From: Alphaproteobacteria bacterium
Lineage (GTDB): Bacteria; Pseudomonadota; Alphaproteobacteria; SMXQ01
Length of the DNA: 64,000 nucleotides
Direction of reading: 5' to 3'
Assembly: GCA_033720855.1 (NCBI GenBank)
Contig: JAWWBR010000001.1
Location: 2,847 to 66,846 of the forward strand
Shown here: positions 52,898 to 61,688 of the stretch, piece by piece
Layout of the letters: the number at the start of each line of letters is the position of its first letter
Numbering within the stretch: the stretch's first letter is position 1
Made by a program: the position numbers and the translations under genes
The notes under the pieces: generated by a model
Databases searched by the model: none
What the model saw: the letters and a program-made list of their open reading frames with translations, nothing else
What the model was told of the DNA's origin: nothing

Positions 52898-53860
52898 ATG
52901 ACGAAAGAGACGAGCAACCTTGGTCCCCGGCTGAGCCGGAAGGATTTCCTTAAGGGGAGCGCGGCGGCGGCCGGCGTCATCGCCGCCGGCGGCATCCCGG
53001 GGCTGCTGGGCGGCGGTGCCGCTCATGCCGCAACGCAAATCATGCGGGCGATCCCGCGGACGGGCGAGAAGATTCCCGTCATCGGCGTCGGCACCGCCTG
53101 GATCTACGATGTCGAGCCGGGTGATCCGAAGATGCCGATCCTCAAGGCGACGCTGGACACCTTCGTCAAGTCGGGCGGCGGCGTGATCGACTCTTCGCCC
53201 ACCTACGGCCGGGCGGAGCCGGTGGTCGGCCAGCTTCTGGCCGAGCTCGGGGCGCGCGACAAGGCGTTCATCGCCACCAAGATCTCGACCTTCGGTGAAC
53301 AGGAGGGGATCGCCCAGGTCGAGGCCTCGATGCAACGGCTACGGACCACGAAGTTCGAGCTGCTTCAGGTCCACAACATCAAGGACACCAAGACCCAGCT
53401 CAAGACCATCCGGCGCCTGCGCGAGGAGGGCAAGGTGAAGTACATCGGCATCACCGTTTCCTCCAAACGCCGCTACGAGCGCTTTATCAAGGTGATGGAG
53501 AGCGAACCGCTCGATTTCGTCCAGGTCAATTATTCCCTGGGCCAGCCCGACACGGCCGAGCGAATCCTGCCGCTCGCGCGCGACAAGGGCATGGCGGTGC
53601 TGATCAACCGCCCGTTCTGGAAGGGGCGCCTGTTCCGCAAGGCCAAGGGGAAGAAACTGCCCGACTGGGCGGCGGAGTTCGACTGCAAGAGCTGGGCCCA
53701 GTTCTTCCTCAAGTTCTCCGTCGGCCACCCTGCGGTGACCGCCGCCATCCCCGGCACCGACCGGCCCGAATACATGGTCGACAACCTGGCCGCGGGGCGC
53801 GGCCGCATGCCCGACGAAAAGACCCGGGCCAAGATGCTGGCCTATTGGCAAAGCCTCTGA
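52898..53860 (+). CDS. Aldo/keto reductase with Tat-type signal peptide
   Basis: ATG 52898 with GGGAG 8 nt upstream (GTG 52889 alternative). N-terminus ..LSRKDFLKGSAAAAGVIAAGG..AAHA|A. The remainder is AKR fold (GVGT.., D.SP.YG, ELLQVHN, YIGIT). Confidence 0.85.
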   Translation: MTKETSNLGPRLSRKDFLKGSAAAAGVIAAGGIPGLLGGGAAHAATQIMRAIPRTGEKIPVIGVGTAWIYDVEPGDPKMPILKATLDTFVKSGGGVIDSSPTYGRAEPVVGQLLAELGARDKAFIATKISTFGEQEGIAQVEASMQRLRTTKFELLQVHNIKDTKTQLKTIRRLREEGKVKYIGITVSSKRRYERFIKVMESEPLDFVQVNYSLGQPDTAERILPLARDKGMAVLINRPFWKGRLFRKAKGKKLPDWAAEFDCKSWAQFFLKFSVGHPAVTAAIPGTDRPEYMVDNLAAGRGRMPDEKTRAKMLAYWQSL

Positions 53861-53879
53861 GGGCGGAGGGCCGTCGGTC

Positions 53880-55181
53880 CTAGCGGGCCGCCGCCGCGAT
53901 CGCCTGGTCGAGATCTTCGATCAGGTCGGCCGCGTCCTCGATGCCGACCGAAAGGCGGACCACCTCGGGCCCGGCGCCGGCGGCGGCGCGCTCGTCGTCG
54001 GAAAGCTGGCGGTGGGTGGTCGAGGCGGGGTGAATGACCAGGCTGCGGGTGTCGCCGACATTGGCGAGATGGGAGAACAGCCGGCAGGCCTCGACGGTCT
54101 TGACGCCGGCGTCGAACCCCCCTTTGAGGCCGAAGGTCAGCACCGCGCCGGCGCCGTCGGGCAGGTATTTGGCCGCCAGGTCGAAGCTGGGGCTGGAGGG
54201 AAGGCCGGCATAGGACACCCATGACACCTGGTCGTGGCCCTCCAGGTAGGTCGCCACCGCCATCGCGTTCTGCGAGTGCCGCGCCATGCGCAGGGTGAGC
54301 GTCTCCGCGCCCGTCAGGGTCAGGAAGGCGGTCATCGGCGCCATCGCCGGGCCGAAATCGCGCAAGCCTACGGCGTGGCCGTAGACGGCGTAGGCCAGCG
54401 GCCCGAACTTTTCCGCGAACCGGGTGCCGTGATAGGCGGCGTTGGGCGCGCTCAGCGCCGGGTACCGGGCATCCCAATGGAACCCCCCGGAATCGACGAT
54501 CACCCCGCCGATGGCATTGCCGTGTCCGGCGATGAACTTGGTGGTGGAATAGACGGCGATGTCGGCCCCCCATTCGAACGGCCGGCACAGCGCCGGCGTC
54601 GCCAGGGTATTGTCGACGATGAGCGGCACCTTGGCCTCCCGGGCGACCGCGGCGATCGCCTCGAGATCGACCATCAGCCCGCCGGGATTGGAGAGGCTCT
54701 CGGTAAAGATCGCTCTGGTGCGCGGCGTCAGGGCGGCGCGGAAATTATCGGCATCAAAGGGGTCGACGAAGGCAACCCGCCAGCCGAGGCGGGAAAAGCT
54801 GTGGCTGAACTGGGTGATCGATCCGCCGTAGAGGTTGCGCGACGAGACGATCTCGTCGCCCGCTTCCATCAGCGGCAGGACGGCGAGGAACTGCGCCGCG
54901 TGTCCCGAGGCCGCGGCGATGGCGCCGACGCCGCCGTCGAGCGCCGCCATCTTGCCCTCAAGCGCCTGCACCGTGGGATTGGTGATGCGCGAATAGATCT
55001 GGCCGAACTCATCGAGGTTGAACAGCCGGGCGGCATGCTCGGTGTCCTTGAAGACATAGGACGCGGTCTGGTGGATCGGCGTGATGCGCGCGCCGGTGGT
55101 GGGGTCCGGCGCGGTCCCGCCATGCACCGCGCGGGTCGACAGTCCCGCGCTCTTCAGGGGATCTTCAGGGCCTTTGGCCAT
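53880..55181 (-). CDS. metY: O-acetylhomoserine aminocarboxypropyltransferase (sulfhydrylase)
   Basis: 433 aa. Cys/Met-metabolism PLP enzyme with the YSRITNPT motif and PLP-Lys context YSTTKFIAGHG. Confidence 0.93.
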   Translation of the reverse strand: MAKGPEDPLKSAGLSTRAVHGGTAPDPTTGARITPIHQTASYVFKDTEHAARLFNLDEFGQIYSRITNPTVQALEGKMAALDGGVGAIAAASGHAAQFLAVLPLMEAGDEIVSSRNLYGGSITQFSHSFSRLGWRVAFVDPFDADNFRAALTPRTRAIFTESLSNPGGLMVDLEAIAAVAREAKVPLIVDNTLATPALCRPFEWGADIAVYSTTKFIAGHGNAIGGVIVDSGGFHWDARYPALSAPNAAYHGTRFAEKFGPLAYAVYGHAVGLRDFGPAMAPMTAFLTLTGAETLTLRMARHSQNAMAVATYLEGHDQVSWVSYAGLPSSPSFDLAAKYLPDGAGAVLTFGLKGGFDAGVKTVEACRLFSHLANVGDTRSLVIHPASTTHRQLSDDERAAAGAGPEVVRLSVGIEDAADLIEDLDQAIAAAAR

Positions 55182-55209
55182 TGCGATCGCGCCCCGCAGC
55201 AGGCATCGA

Positions 55210-55223
55210 ATTACTATAGTAAT
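55210..55223. promoter_or_regulatory. Perfect 14-bp palindrome in the metY 5' region (candidate operator)
   Basis: ATTACTATAGTAAT, 29 bp upstream of the metY ATG, within an AT-rich stretch that also contains -10-like hexamers on the metY strand. Confidence 0.4.
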
Positions 55224-55259
55224 GTATATCCAACACCCTAAAAATAAACGGATTTTCGG

Positions 55260-55287
55260 TTGACATGTGCAAATCCTCTGGCATACT
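55260..55287 (+). promoter_or_regulatory. Putative sigma70-type promoter of rplM-rpsI
   Basis: TTGACA (55260..55265), a 16-nt spacer, then CATACT (55282..55287). About 90 nt upstream of the rplM ATG. Confidence 0.4.
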
Positions 55288-55376
55288 CCGCGGCCTTATT
55301 CGGCCGGGACGGTATCAGAGCGCCGGCCCTCTGGCAAACCCGGTGGGCGCATGAGCCCGAATCAAGGAACAGGGTG

Positions 55377-55841
55377 ATGAAGACCTTTAGCGCGACGCCT
55401 AAAGACATCGAAAAGAAGTGGATCCTGATCGATGCCGACGGGCTGGTTCTCGGCCGCCTTGCCTCCGTCGTGGCGAGCCGGCTCAGGGGCAAGCACAAGC
55501 CGACCTACACGCCCCATATGGATTGCGGCGACAACGTGATCGTCATCAATGCCGACAAGGTGAAGCTCACCGGCAAGAAGCTGACCGACAAGAAATATTA
55601 CCGCCATACCGGGTATCCCGGCGGCATCAAGGAAACCACGCCGCAGCGGATCTTGGAGTCGAACAATCCCGAACGGGTGGTCGAGAAGGCGGTGACGCGG
55701 ATGATCCCCAAGGGACCGTTGGGCCGCGCGCAGCTGAGCCACCTCCGCGTCTATGCCGGGGCCAGCCACCCCCACGAGGCGCAGAGCCCGGAGGTCCTCG
55801 ATGTCGGGGCGATGAATCCGAAGAACAAGAGGAGCAGTTAG
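55377..55841 (+). CDS. rplM: 50S ribosomal protein L13
   Basis: ATG 55377 in frame with track ORF 55260..55841. [30 protein letters not shown] is the canonical L13 N-terminus. Confidence 0.97.
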   Translation: MKTFSATPKDIEKKWILIDADGLVLGRLASVVASRLRGKHKPTYTPHMDCGDNVIVINADKVKLTGKKLTDKKYYRHTGYPGGIKETTPQRILESNNPERVVEKAVTRMIPKGPLGRAQLSHLRVYAGASHPHEAQSPEVLDVGAMNPKNKRSS

Positions 55842-55842
55842 G

Positions 55843-56460
55843 ATGGCGGAAGAGGATAAGGGCACGGGCAAGGAAACCGAGGCCGAAGTCGCGGAAGCGT
55901 CCGCTGCTGCCCAACCGGCGGAAGAGAAAGCTGCCGCCGAGCAGACGGAAGACTCCGCCGCCGCCGAGGCCGAGGGCGAGGCCCGGACCATCACCGATCT
56001 CGCCGATCTCGGCACCGCCGCCGGGACCGAGGTCGTGGAGCCGGAGACCCTGCCCGAGCCGGAGATCGATTCCCAGGGGCGTTCCTATGCCACCGGCAAG
56101 CGCAAGGATGCCGTCGCCAGGGTCTGGATCAAGCCGGGCAGCGGCCAGATCACCGTCAACGACCGCCCCGCCGAGGCCTATTTCGCGCGCCCGGTGCTGC
56201 GCATGATCATCAGCCAGCCCTTCGCCATGGCCGAACGGGTCGATCAGTACGACGTCACCTGCACGGTCAAGGGCGGCGGGCTTTCGGGCCAGGCCGGGGC
56301 CGTGCGTCACGGCATTTCCAAGGCGCTCACCCTTTATGAGCCGGCATTGCGCCAGCCGCTCAAGGCGGGCGGCTTCCTGACCCGCGATTCGCGTGTCGTC
56401 GAACGCAAGAAGTACGGCCGCCACAAGGCGCGCCGAAGCCATCAGTTCTCCAAACGCTGA
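55843..56460 (+). CDS. rpsI: 30S ribosomal protein S9 with long acidic N-terminal extension
   Basis: 205 aa. SD GAGGAG inside the rplM end. Canonical S9 core from ..[19 protein letters not shown] to ..[10 protein letters not shown], preceded by about 78 Glu/Ala-rich residues. Confidence 0.95.
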   Translation: MAEEDKGTGKETEAEVAEASAAAQPAEEKAAAEQTEDSAAAEAEGEARTITDLADLGTAAGTEVVEPETLPEPEIDSQGRSYATGKRKDAVARVWIKPGSGQITVNDRPAEAYFARPVLRMIISQPFAMAERVDQYDVTCTVKGGGLSGQAGAVRHGISKALTLYEPALRQPLKAGGFLTRDSRVVERKKYGRHKARRSHQFSKR

Positions 56461-56481
56461 TCCCGGCGGATTGTCTCTCGT

Positions 56482-56515
56482 GCGAGGGCGTCCCCAGGGG
56501 GCGCCCTCGCTTTTT
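56482..56515 (+). terminator. Rho-independent terminator of rplM-rpsI
   Basis: GCGAGGGCG-tccccagggg-CGCCCTCGC followed by TTTTT, 22 nt after the rpsI stop. Confidence 0.85.
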
Positions 56516-56639
56516 GGGACTTGCGGTCCCCGGCCTAAGCGGTCATGTATTGGCCCAGCATAAGGACGACGAATATGCCGATCATCTATGGCTTTGTCCC
56601 TCGCGGGCGGCACTTTGGCACCGCCTTGGGGGAAATGAC

Positions 56640-57692
56640 ATGAGTGCCAGTGCGAACACCATCCCCGTCGGCATCCTCGGCGCCTCGGGTTATACCGGTG
56701 CCGAGCTGGTGCGCCTGCTCGTCCATCATCCCAATGTCGACATCCGGCTGATGACCGCCGACCGGCGCGCCGGCGCGGCCATGAGCGAAGTCTTTCCCCA
56801 TCTCGGCGGCATCCCCCTGCCGACGCTTTCGCGCATCGAGGACGCCGATTTCTCGGGCCTCGAGGCGGTTTTCCTGGGCCTCCCCCACGGCACCACCCAA
56901 GAGGTGGTCGCGGGCCTGCCCGGGCATCTCAAGGTGATCGACCTCTCGGCCGATTTCCGCCTGCAGGATGCGGACGTCTACGCCGCCTGGTACGGCCATT
57001 CCCACCGCGCGCCGAAGCTGCAGAAGGAGGCGGTCTACGCGCTCACCGAGCTCAACCGCGAGGCCATCAAGGGTGCCCGCATCATCGCCAATCCGGGCTG
57101 CTACCCGACGGCCTCGCTGCTGCCCCTGGTGCCGCTGCTCGAGGCCGGGCTGGTCAACTGCGAGGACATCATCATCGATGCCAAATCGGGCGTCTCCGGC
57201 GCCGGCCGGGCCGAGCGCGAGGCCAACCTGTTCGCCGAGGTGTCGGAGGGCATCCACGCCTACGGGGTCGCCAACCACCGCCATGCGCCGGAGATCGAGC
57301 AGGGGCTCAGCGCGGCCGCCGGAACCGAGGTGGGGGTCAGTTTCACTCCCCACCTGATGCCCATGAACCGGGGCATCCTCGCCGCCATTTACGTGCGCCT
57401 TGCCGAGGACGCCGAGATCGCCGACCTGCGCACCGAGCTCGATGCGCGCTATCGCGCCGAGCCCTTCGTCCGCGTCGTGCCCGAGGGCGTGGCGCCGGCG
57501 ACCCGCCACGTGCGCGGCTCCAACCACTGCCTGATCGGCGTCTTCCCCGACCGGCTGCCGGGGCGCGCGATCCTGATCTCGGTCATCGACAACCTGGTCA
57601 AGGGCGCCTCGGGCCAAGCGGTGCAGAACTTCAATCTCGTCTCGGGCCTGGCGGAGACCACGGCCCTCGAGCAGGAACCCCTATTCCCGTGA
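56640..57692 (+). CDS. argC: N-acetyl-gamma-glutamyl-phosphate reductase
   Basis: ATG 56640 in frame with track ORF 56514..57692. GILGASGYTGAELVRLL and active-site Cys context ANPGCYPT. Confidence 0.95.
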   Translation: MSASANTIPVGILGASGYTGAELVRLLVHHPNVDIRLMTADRRAGAAMSEVFPHLGGIPLPTLSRIEDADFSGLEAVFLGLPHGTTQEVVAGLPGHLKVIDLSADFRLQDADVYAAWYGHSHRAPKLQKEAVYALTELNREAIKGARIIANPGCYPTASLLPLVPLLEAGLVNCEDIIIDAKSGVSGAGRAEREANLFAEVSEGIHAYGVANHRHAPEIEQGLSAAAGTEVGVSFTPHLMPMNRGILAAIYVRLAEDAEIADLRTELDARYRAEPFVRVVPEGVAPATRHVRGSNHCLIGVFPDRLPGRAILISVIDNLVKGASGQAVQNFNLVSGLAETTALEQEPLFP

Positions 57693-57697
57693 GGACC

Positions 57698-58237
57698 ATG
57701 AGCGGACTGATCAAACCCTTCCGGGGCATCCATCCCCAGATCCACGAAACCGCCTTCGTCGCCGACAACGCCGTGATCATCGGCGATGTCGAGATTGGCG
57801 CGGACAGCAGCATCTGGTACGGCTGCGTCATCCGCGGCGATCTCAACAAGATCCGCATCGGCGCGCGCACCAACATCCAGGACGGCACCATCATCCATGT
57901 CGACGCCGAGGGCGAGCACTGGGAGGGCATCCCGACCTTGATCGGCGACCGCGTCAATGTCGGCCACCGGGCGTTGATTCACGCCTGCACGGTGGAGGAC
58001 GACGCCTTTGTCGGCATGGGAGCGACCCTGCTCGACGGCTGCGTCGTCGAAGGCGGGGCCATGGTCGCCGCCGGCGCCCTGGTGACGCCCAAGAAGCGGG
58101 TGCTCAAGGGCGAGCTCTGGGGCGGTGCCCCGGCGCGTTGCCTGCGGCCGCTCAAGCCGGACGAACTCGACTATTTCAAGATCGTCGAGGACACCTACGT
58201 GGCGCTCGGCGCCGAACACAAGAAGGACCAGGGCTAG
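57698..58237 (+). CDS. Gamma-class carbonic anhydrase-like / hexapeptide-repeat transferase family protein
   Basis: In frame with track ORF 57689..58237 (GTG 57689 overlaps the argC stop; ATG 57698 follows GAGGA). Left-handed beta-helix repeats and IWYGCVIRGD motif. Confidence 0.85.
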   Translation: MSGLIKPFRGIHPQIHETAFVADNAVIIGDVEIGADSSIWYGCVIRGDLNKIRIGARTNIQDGTIIHVDAEGEHWEGIPTLIGDRVNVGHRALIHACTVEDDAFVGMGATLLDGCVVEGGAMVAAGALVTPKKRVLKGELWGGAPARCLRPLKPDELDYFKIVEDTYVALGAEHKKDQG

Positions 58238-58265
58238 CCCGCGGCCCTCGGTTCTGGCCCACCCT

Positions 58266-59081
58266 CTAATCCGTCAGGAAATCGCCGACGATCCCGGCCA
58301 CCTGCTCGGGTTTCTCGAGATGCGCCGCATGGCCCGCGCCCGTGACGATCTTGAGCCCCTCGCAGCCCTCCAGCCCCTCGGCATAGGCGTGGCCGTGGTC
58401 GATGGGCACCATGCGGTCGTGCTCGCCCCAGATCACCAGCGCCGGGCAGCTCACGCGGTGGAGCCGGTTGATCAGGCTGCGGTTGTAAAAATACGGCGGC
58501 TTGAAGCCGATGAAGGAGGAAAAGCGCAGCATCTGATAGCGCCGGACCTCGTCGTCGACCTCGCCGCGGCCGTCGGGGAAGAGCTCCTGGGCGAGCTCGG
58601 AATCCGCAGCCTCGAACAGCATCTGCCGGAGATCGGCGTATTCGGTCCCGCGCGCGGGCTGCGCCATCATGAAGACGTCGCCGATGGGGGCGCCGGCGAC
58701 GAACAGGCCGGTGGCGCCGATCAGGGTCAGCGAGGCGACCCGGCGCGGGTGGCGCACGGCGAGCTCGGCGGCGATCCAGCCGCCGACGCAATGGCCGACC
58801 AGGTCGAACCGGTCGATGGCAAGCGCATCCAGCACCTCGAGGGTGTGAAAGACGGCGTCTTCGACGGTCGCCAGGTCCTCGTATTCCTCGGTTTCGCCGC
58901 AGCCGGGGTGGGCCGGGGCGATCAGCCGGCGGTTCTCGGCAAGGGCCTCGTGAAACGGGAACGGCTCGGCCTTGACGCCGTGTAGATCGGCAAAGCCATG
59001 GAGGTAGATCAGCGGATCTCCGTCCCCCGCCTCGACGATCCCGACCTTTCGTCCCGCGGCTTCGATCACCTCCGCGGTCAT
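58266..59081 (-). CDS. Alpha/beta hydrolase
   Basis: 271 aa. LIYLHGF and nucleophile elbow GHCVGG. Start overlaps the stop of the upstream LLM gene (ATGA). Confidence 0.82.
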   Translation of the reverse strand: MTAEVIEAAGRKVGIVEAGDGDPLIYLHGFADLHGVKAEPFPFHEALAENRRLIAPAHPGCGETEEYEDLATVEDAVFHTLEVLDALAIDRFDLVGHCVGGWIAAELAVRHPRRVASLTLIGATGLFVAGAPIGDVFMMAQPARGTEYADLRQMLFEAADSELAQELFPDGRGEVDDEVRRYQMLRFSSFIGFKPPYFYNRSLINRLHRVSCPALVIWGEHDRMVPIDHGHAYAEGLEGCEGLKIVTGAGHAAHLEKPEQVAGIVGDFLTD

Positions 59082-60325
59082 TGCGCGGCCCCGGCCGCGG
59101 CCAGCTCATCCTCCATTTCGGGAAAGCGTTCGGCGAAGATCTTGGTGGAATACTCGCGCAGGCGTGGCGCCACCTGGGTGGCGAACCGCTCCATGGACTT
59201 GCAGGTGATGTCGTCGCTCATGTTGCCCAGGTGGAACTGGATCAAGAGATTGCCGACTTCCGAATTGTCGATCAGGGTCTTGAGCCGCTCGAAGACCGTG
59301 TCCGGCCCGCCGACGATGATCGAGTTGGACTGCTCCAGCTCCTCCCAGTTTTCGGCATCGCCCAAGAGCTTGCGCCCGGGCTTCGAGGTCTCCAGGTACT
59401 GGCGCCAGGCCTTGGTCGGGATGTAGGGGACGCCCGGCCCGAAGGTCAGCTGCCGGCCCTCGGTCCTGAGGTGGCCCTTGAGGCAGTTCTTGAGGAAATA
59501 CCAGACCCCTTCCTCGCATTCCTCGCGGGCCGAGCGGTCGTCCTCGCCGACATAGCACGACAGCAGGATGCCCATGCGGAAGGGGTGGTACTTGCGGCCG
59601 TGGTCCTCCAGCACTTGGGTGAACTGGTCCTTGGCGCGGCCGGTGGCGCTGCCGTGGCTGCGCGAAGACAGGAAATAGCAGTAGCCGCGCTTGGCGCATT
59701 CGATCAGCGTCCCCGGACTGCGCGAGCCCGGAACCCAGACCGGGGGATGGGGCTTTTGCAGCGGCTTGGGCCAGGGATTGACGTAGCGCAGCGGAAAATG
59801 CTTGCCCTCATGGGTGAAGGGGCCGTCCTCGGTCCAGGCGCGGACGATCAGGTCGAGGGATTCCCAGAACAGCTCCCGCGAGGACGCCGAGGGCACGTCG
59901 TAATTGAAGGTCTCCGGCCCGCCGCCCGGGGCGAAGCCGGCGATGATGCGCCCGTCGGACATCATGTCGAGCATGGCGTATTCCTCGGCGACGCGCATCG
60001 GGTTCATATGCAGGGGCAGGAGGTTGCCGAGGACCACGATCTTGCCGTGGCTGGTGACCTGGGTGAGGGCGGCGGCGATCAGGTTGGGCGAGGGGGCGAG
60101 GCCGTAGATGTTCTGATGGTGCTCGTTCAGGACCAGGCCGTCGAAGCCGAGACGGTCGGCCAAGGCCATCTGATCGATGTATTCCTGGTAGAGGCCACGA
60201 GACTTTTCCGCGTCCCACAATGCGTTGGGGACCGTCACCCAGCCCGACTCGTAGCGTTCGTCGAAATCGGCCGGAAGGTGCGGATAGGCCATGAAATGCC
60301 AGCAGAACAGCTGAGCCGGGATCAT
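59078..60325 (-). CDS. LLM-class (luciferase-like) flavin-dependent oxidoreductase
   Basis: 415 aa. TIM-barrel LLM pattern (GFDGLVLNEHHQN, VAEEYAMLDMMSDGRIIAGF). Confidence 0.8.
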   Translation of the reverse strand: MIPAQLFCWHFMAYPHLPADFDERYESGWVTVPNALWDAEKSRGLYQEYIDQMALADRLGFDGLVLNEHHQNIYGLAPSPNLIAAALTQVTSHGKIVVLGNLLPLHMNPMRVAEEYAMLDMMSDGRIIAGFAPGGGPETFNYDVPSASSRELFWESLDLIVRAWTEDGPFTHEGKHFPLRYVNPWPKPLQKPHPPVWVPGSRSPGTLIECAKRGYCYFLSSRSHGSATGRAKDQFTQVLEDHGRKYHPFRMGILLSCYVGEDDRSAREECEEGVWYFLKNCLKGHLRTEGRQLTFGPGVPYIPTKAWRQYLETSKPGRKLLGDAENWEELEQSNSIIVGGPDTVFERLKTLIDNSEVGNLLIQFHLGNMSDDITCKSMERFATQVAPRLREYSTKIFAERFPEMEDELAAAGAAQ

Positions 60326-60594
60326 CGTCGGTACTCCTTGCCCGTCGTTTTCTTATGTCCCCACTTCTAGCACGTGCATTTCTCAAGCGACAAGCAACGC
60401 AACGGTGCGGCCGAGGACAGGGTTTCGCCCCCGGGGGCGCGATTTCGGGCCAGACGCCTTTACCATCATTGGGAATTAATCTAATACTTCCGTGGTATTG
60501 CGGCTCGCGCCCGCGCCCGCGGACGGGCCCGAGCCATGTCGAGCGTAAAAAAGGTCGCCCCGAGACCCGAGCTGGAACCCAGGGACGGCGGAGG

Positions 60595-61614
60595 ATGCCG
60601 ATGCAAAAGCTGTCGATTGAATTGGGGCGTTTCGGGCGTACCGGCGCTGTATTGGCCTGCGTGCTGGTGCTGGGCGCCTGTTCGTCGGTTCCCGATTGGG
60701 CCAACCCCGTCGAATGGTACCAGGGCGCGTCCGACTGGATCAGCGGCGAAGACGAGGAAACCGCCGCCGCGCGCGAAGCGAGCAAACAGGCCGAGAACGT
60801 GCCGCCCGGCGCCGATCGGCCATTCCCCTCGCTCTCCACCGTTCCCGAGCGCCCGCCTGGGGTCGCGAGCCGCTATCAGCGGCGCGAACGGGTCGAAAGC
60901 GGCCTGGTCGCCGACCGCGAACAAGCCCGCCACAAGGCGCTGCGTCCGGCGGAAAGTCCCGCCCCCGGCGCGGTGGGGGTGCGGGGCGCGCCACCGCCGC
61001 CGACACTGGCCCAGCCGCCGGCGCCGCGAACGTCCCAGGGGATGGCGGCCCAAACCCCGCCGCCCGGCAACCAGGCGTTCCAAACGGCCATCCAGCAACA
61101 GGCGGCGGCCGGCCTCAACGCCAGGCGTCAGGCCGGTCCGGTGAGGCGGAATGTCATGCCGCTTCCGGGAACGCCGCGCAGCACCGTCAATCTCAAGCCG
61201 CCCCCGGGCATGCCCGCCAACCGGTTCGGCGCCGCGCAGGCGGCCGCACCGGTGATGGGGGCGGCGCCCGTGGCGACGGTGCATTTCGCCAACGGTTCGG
61301 ACAAAATCGCGGCCAAATACGCCAAGACCCTCAGGTCGGTCGTCGATATGCACCGCCAGCGTGGGGGCACCGTGCGGGTGGTCGGCCACGCCTCCAGCCG
61401 CACCCGGGACACCAACCCGCTCGGCCATCAGCTGGCCAATTTCCGCATCTCCCTGGCCCGAGCCAAGGCCGTCGCCCGCCAGCTCGTGCGCTACGGTGCG
61501 GCGCCGGACAGCATCGTCGTGAACGGTGTGGCGGATAATGAACCGATCTATCAGGAAATCATGCCGGCCGGCGAAGCCGGCAATCGGCGCGCCGAAATAT
61601 TCCTCGATTATTAA
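60595..61614 (+). CDS. OmpA-family peptidoglycan-associated lipoprotein with Pro-rich linker
   Basis: ATG 60595 (alt 60601) after GGCGGAGG, in frame with track ORF 60355..61614. Lipobox LVLGAC. C-terminal OmpA-like domain (VVGHASS..N..LS..RA..V...L, NRRAEIFL). Confidence 0.8.
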   Translation: MPMQKLSIELGRFGRTGAVLACVLVLGACSSVPDWANPVEWYQGASDWISGEDEETAAAREASKQAENVPPGADRPFPSLSTVPERPPGVASRYQRRERVESGLVADREQARHKALRPAESPAPGAVGVRGAPPPPTLAQPPAPRTSQGMAAQTPPPGNQAFQTAIQQQAAAGLNARRQAGPVRRNVMPLPGTPRSTVNLKPPPGMPANRFGAAQAAAPVMGAAPVATVHFANGSDKIAAKYAKTLRSVVDMHRQRGGTVRVVGHASSRTRDTNPLGHQLANFRISLARAKAVARQLVRYGAAPDSIVVNGVADNEPIYQEIMPAGEAGNRRAEIFLDY

Positions 61615-61688
61615 CAATTTAGGGGCTAAACCATCGCCGCCATGGTGCCGCCTCAATCCCGGGGCAGCCTCGGGTGCGGATCGATCGG

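Noticed and set aside
55182-55300. Possible SAM-II (metA-type) riboswitch upstream of metY.
   Set aside because: The conserved AAAGCU pseudoknot element and the expected P1/L1 arrangement are not visible on the metY strand. Only a weak AT-rich hairpin (GGATTT..AAATCC) is present. A covariance-model search would be decisive.
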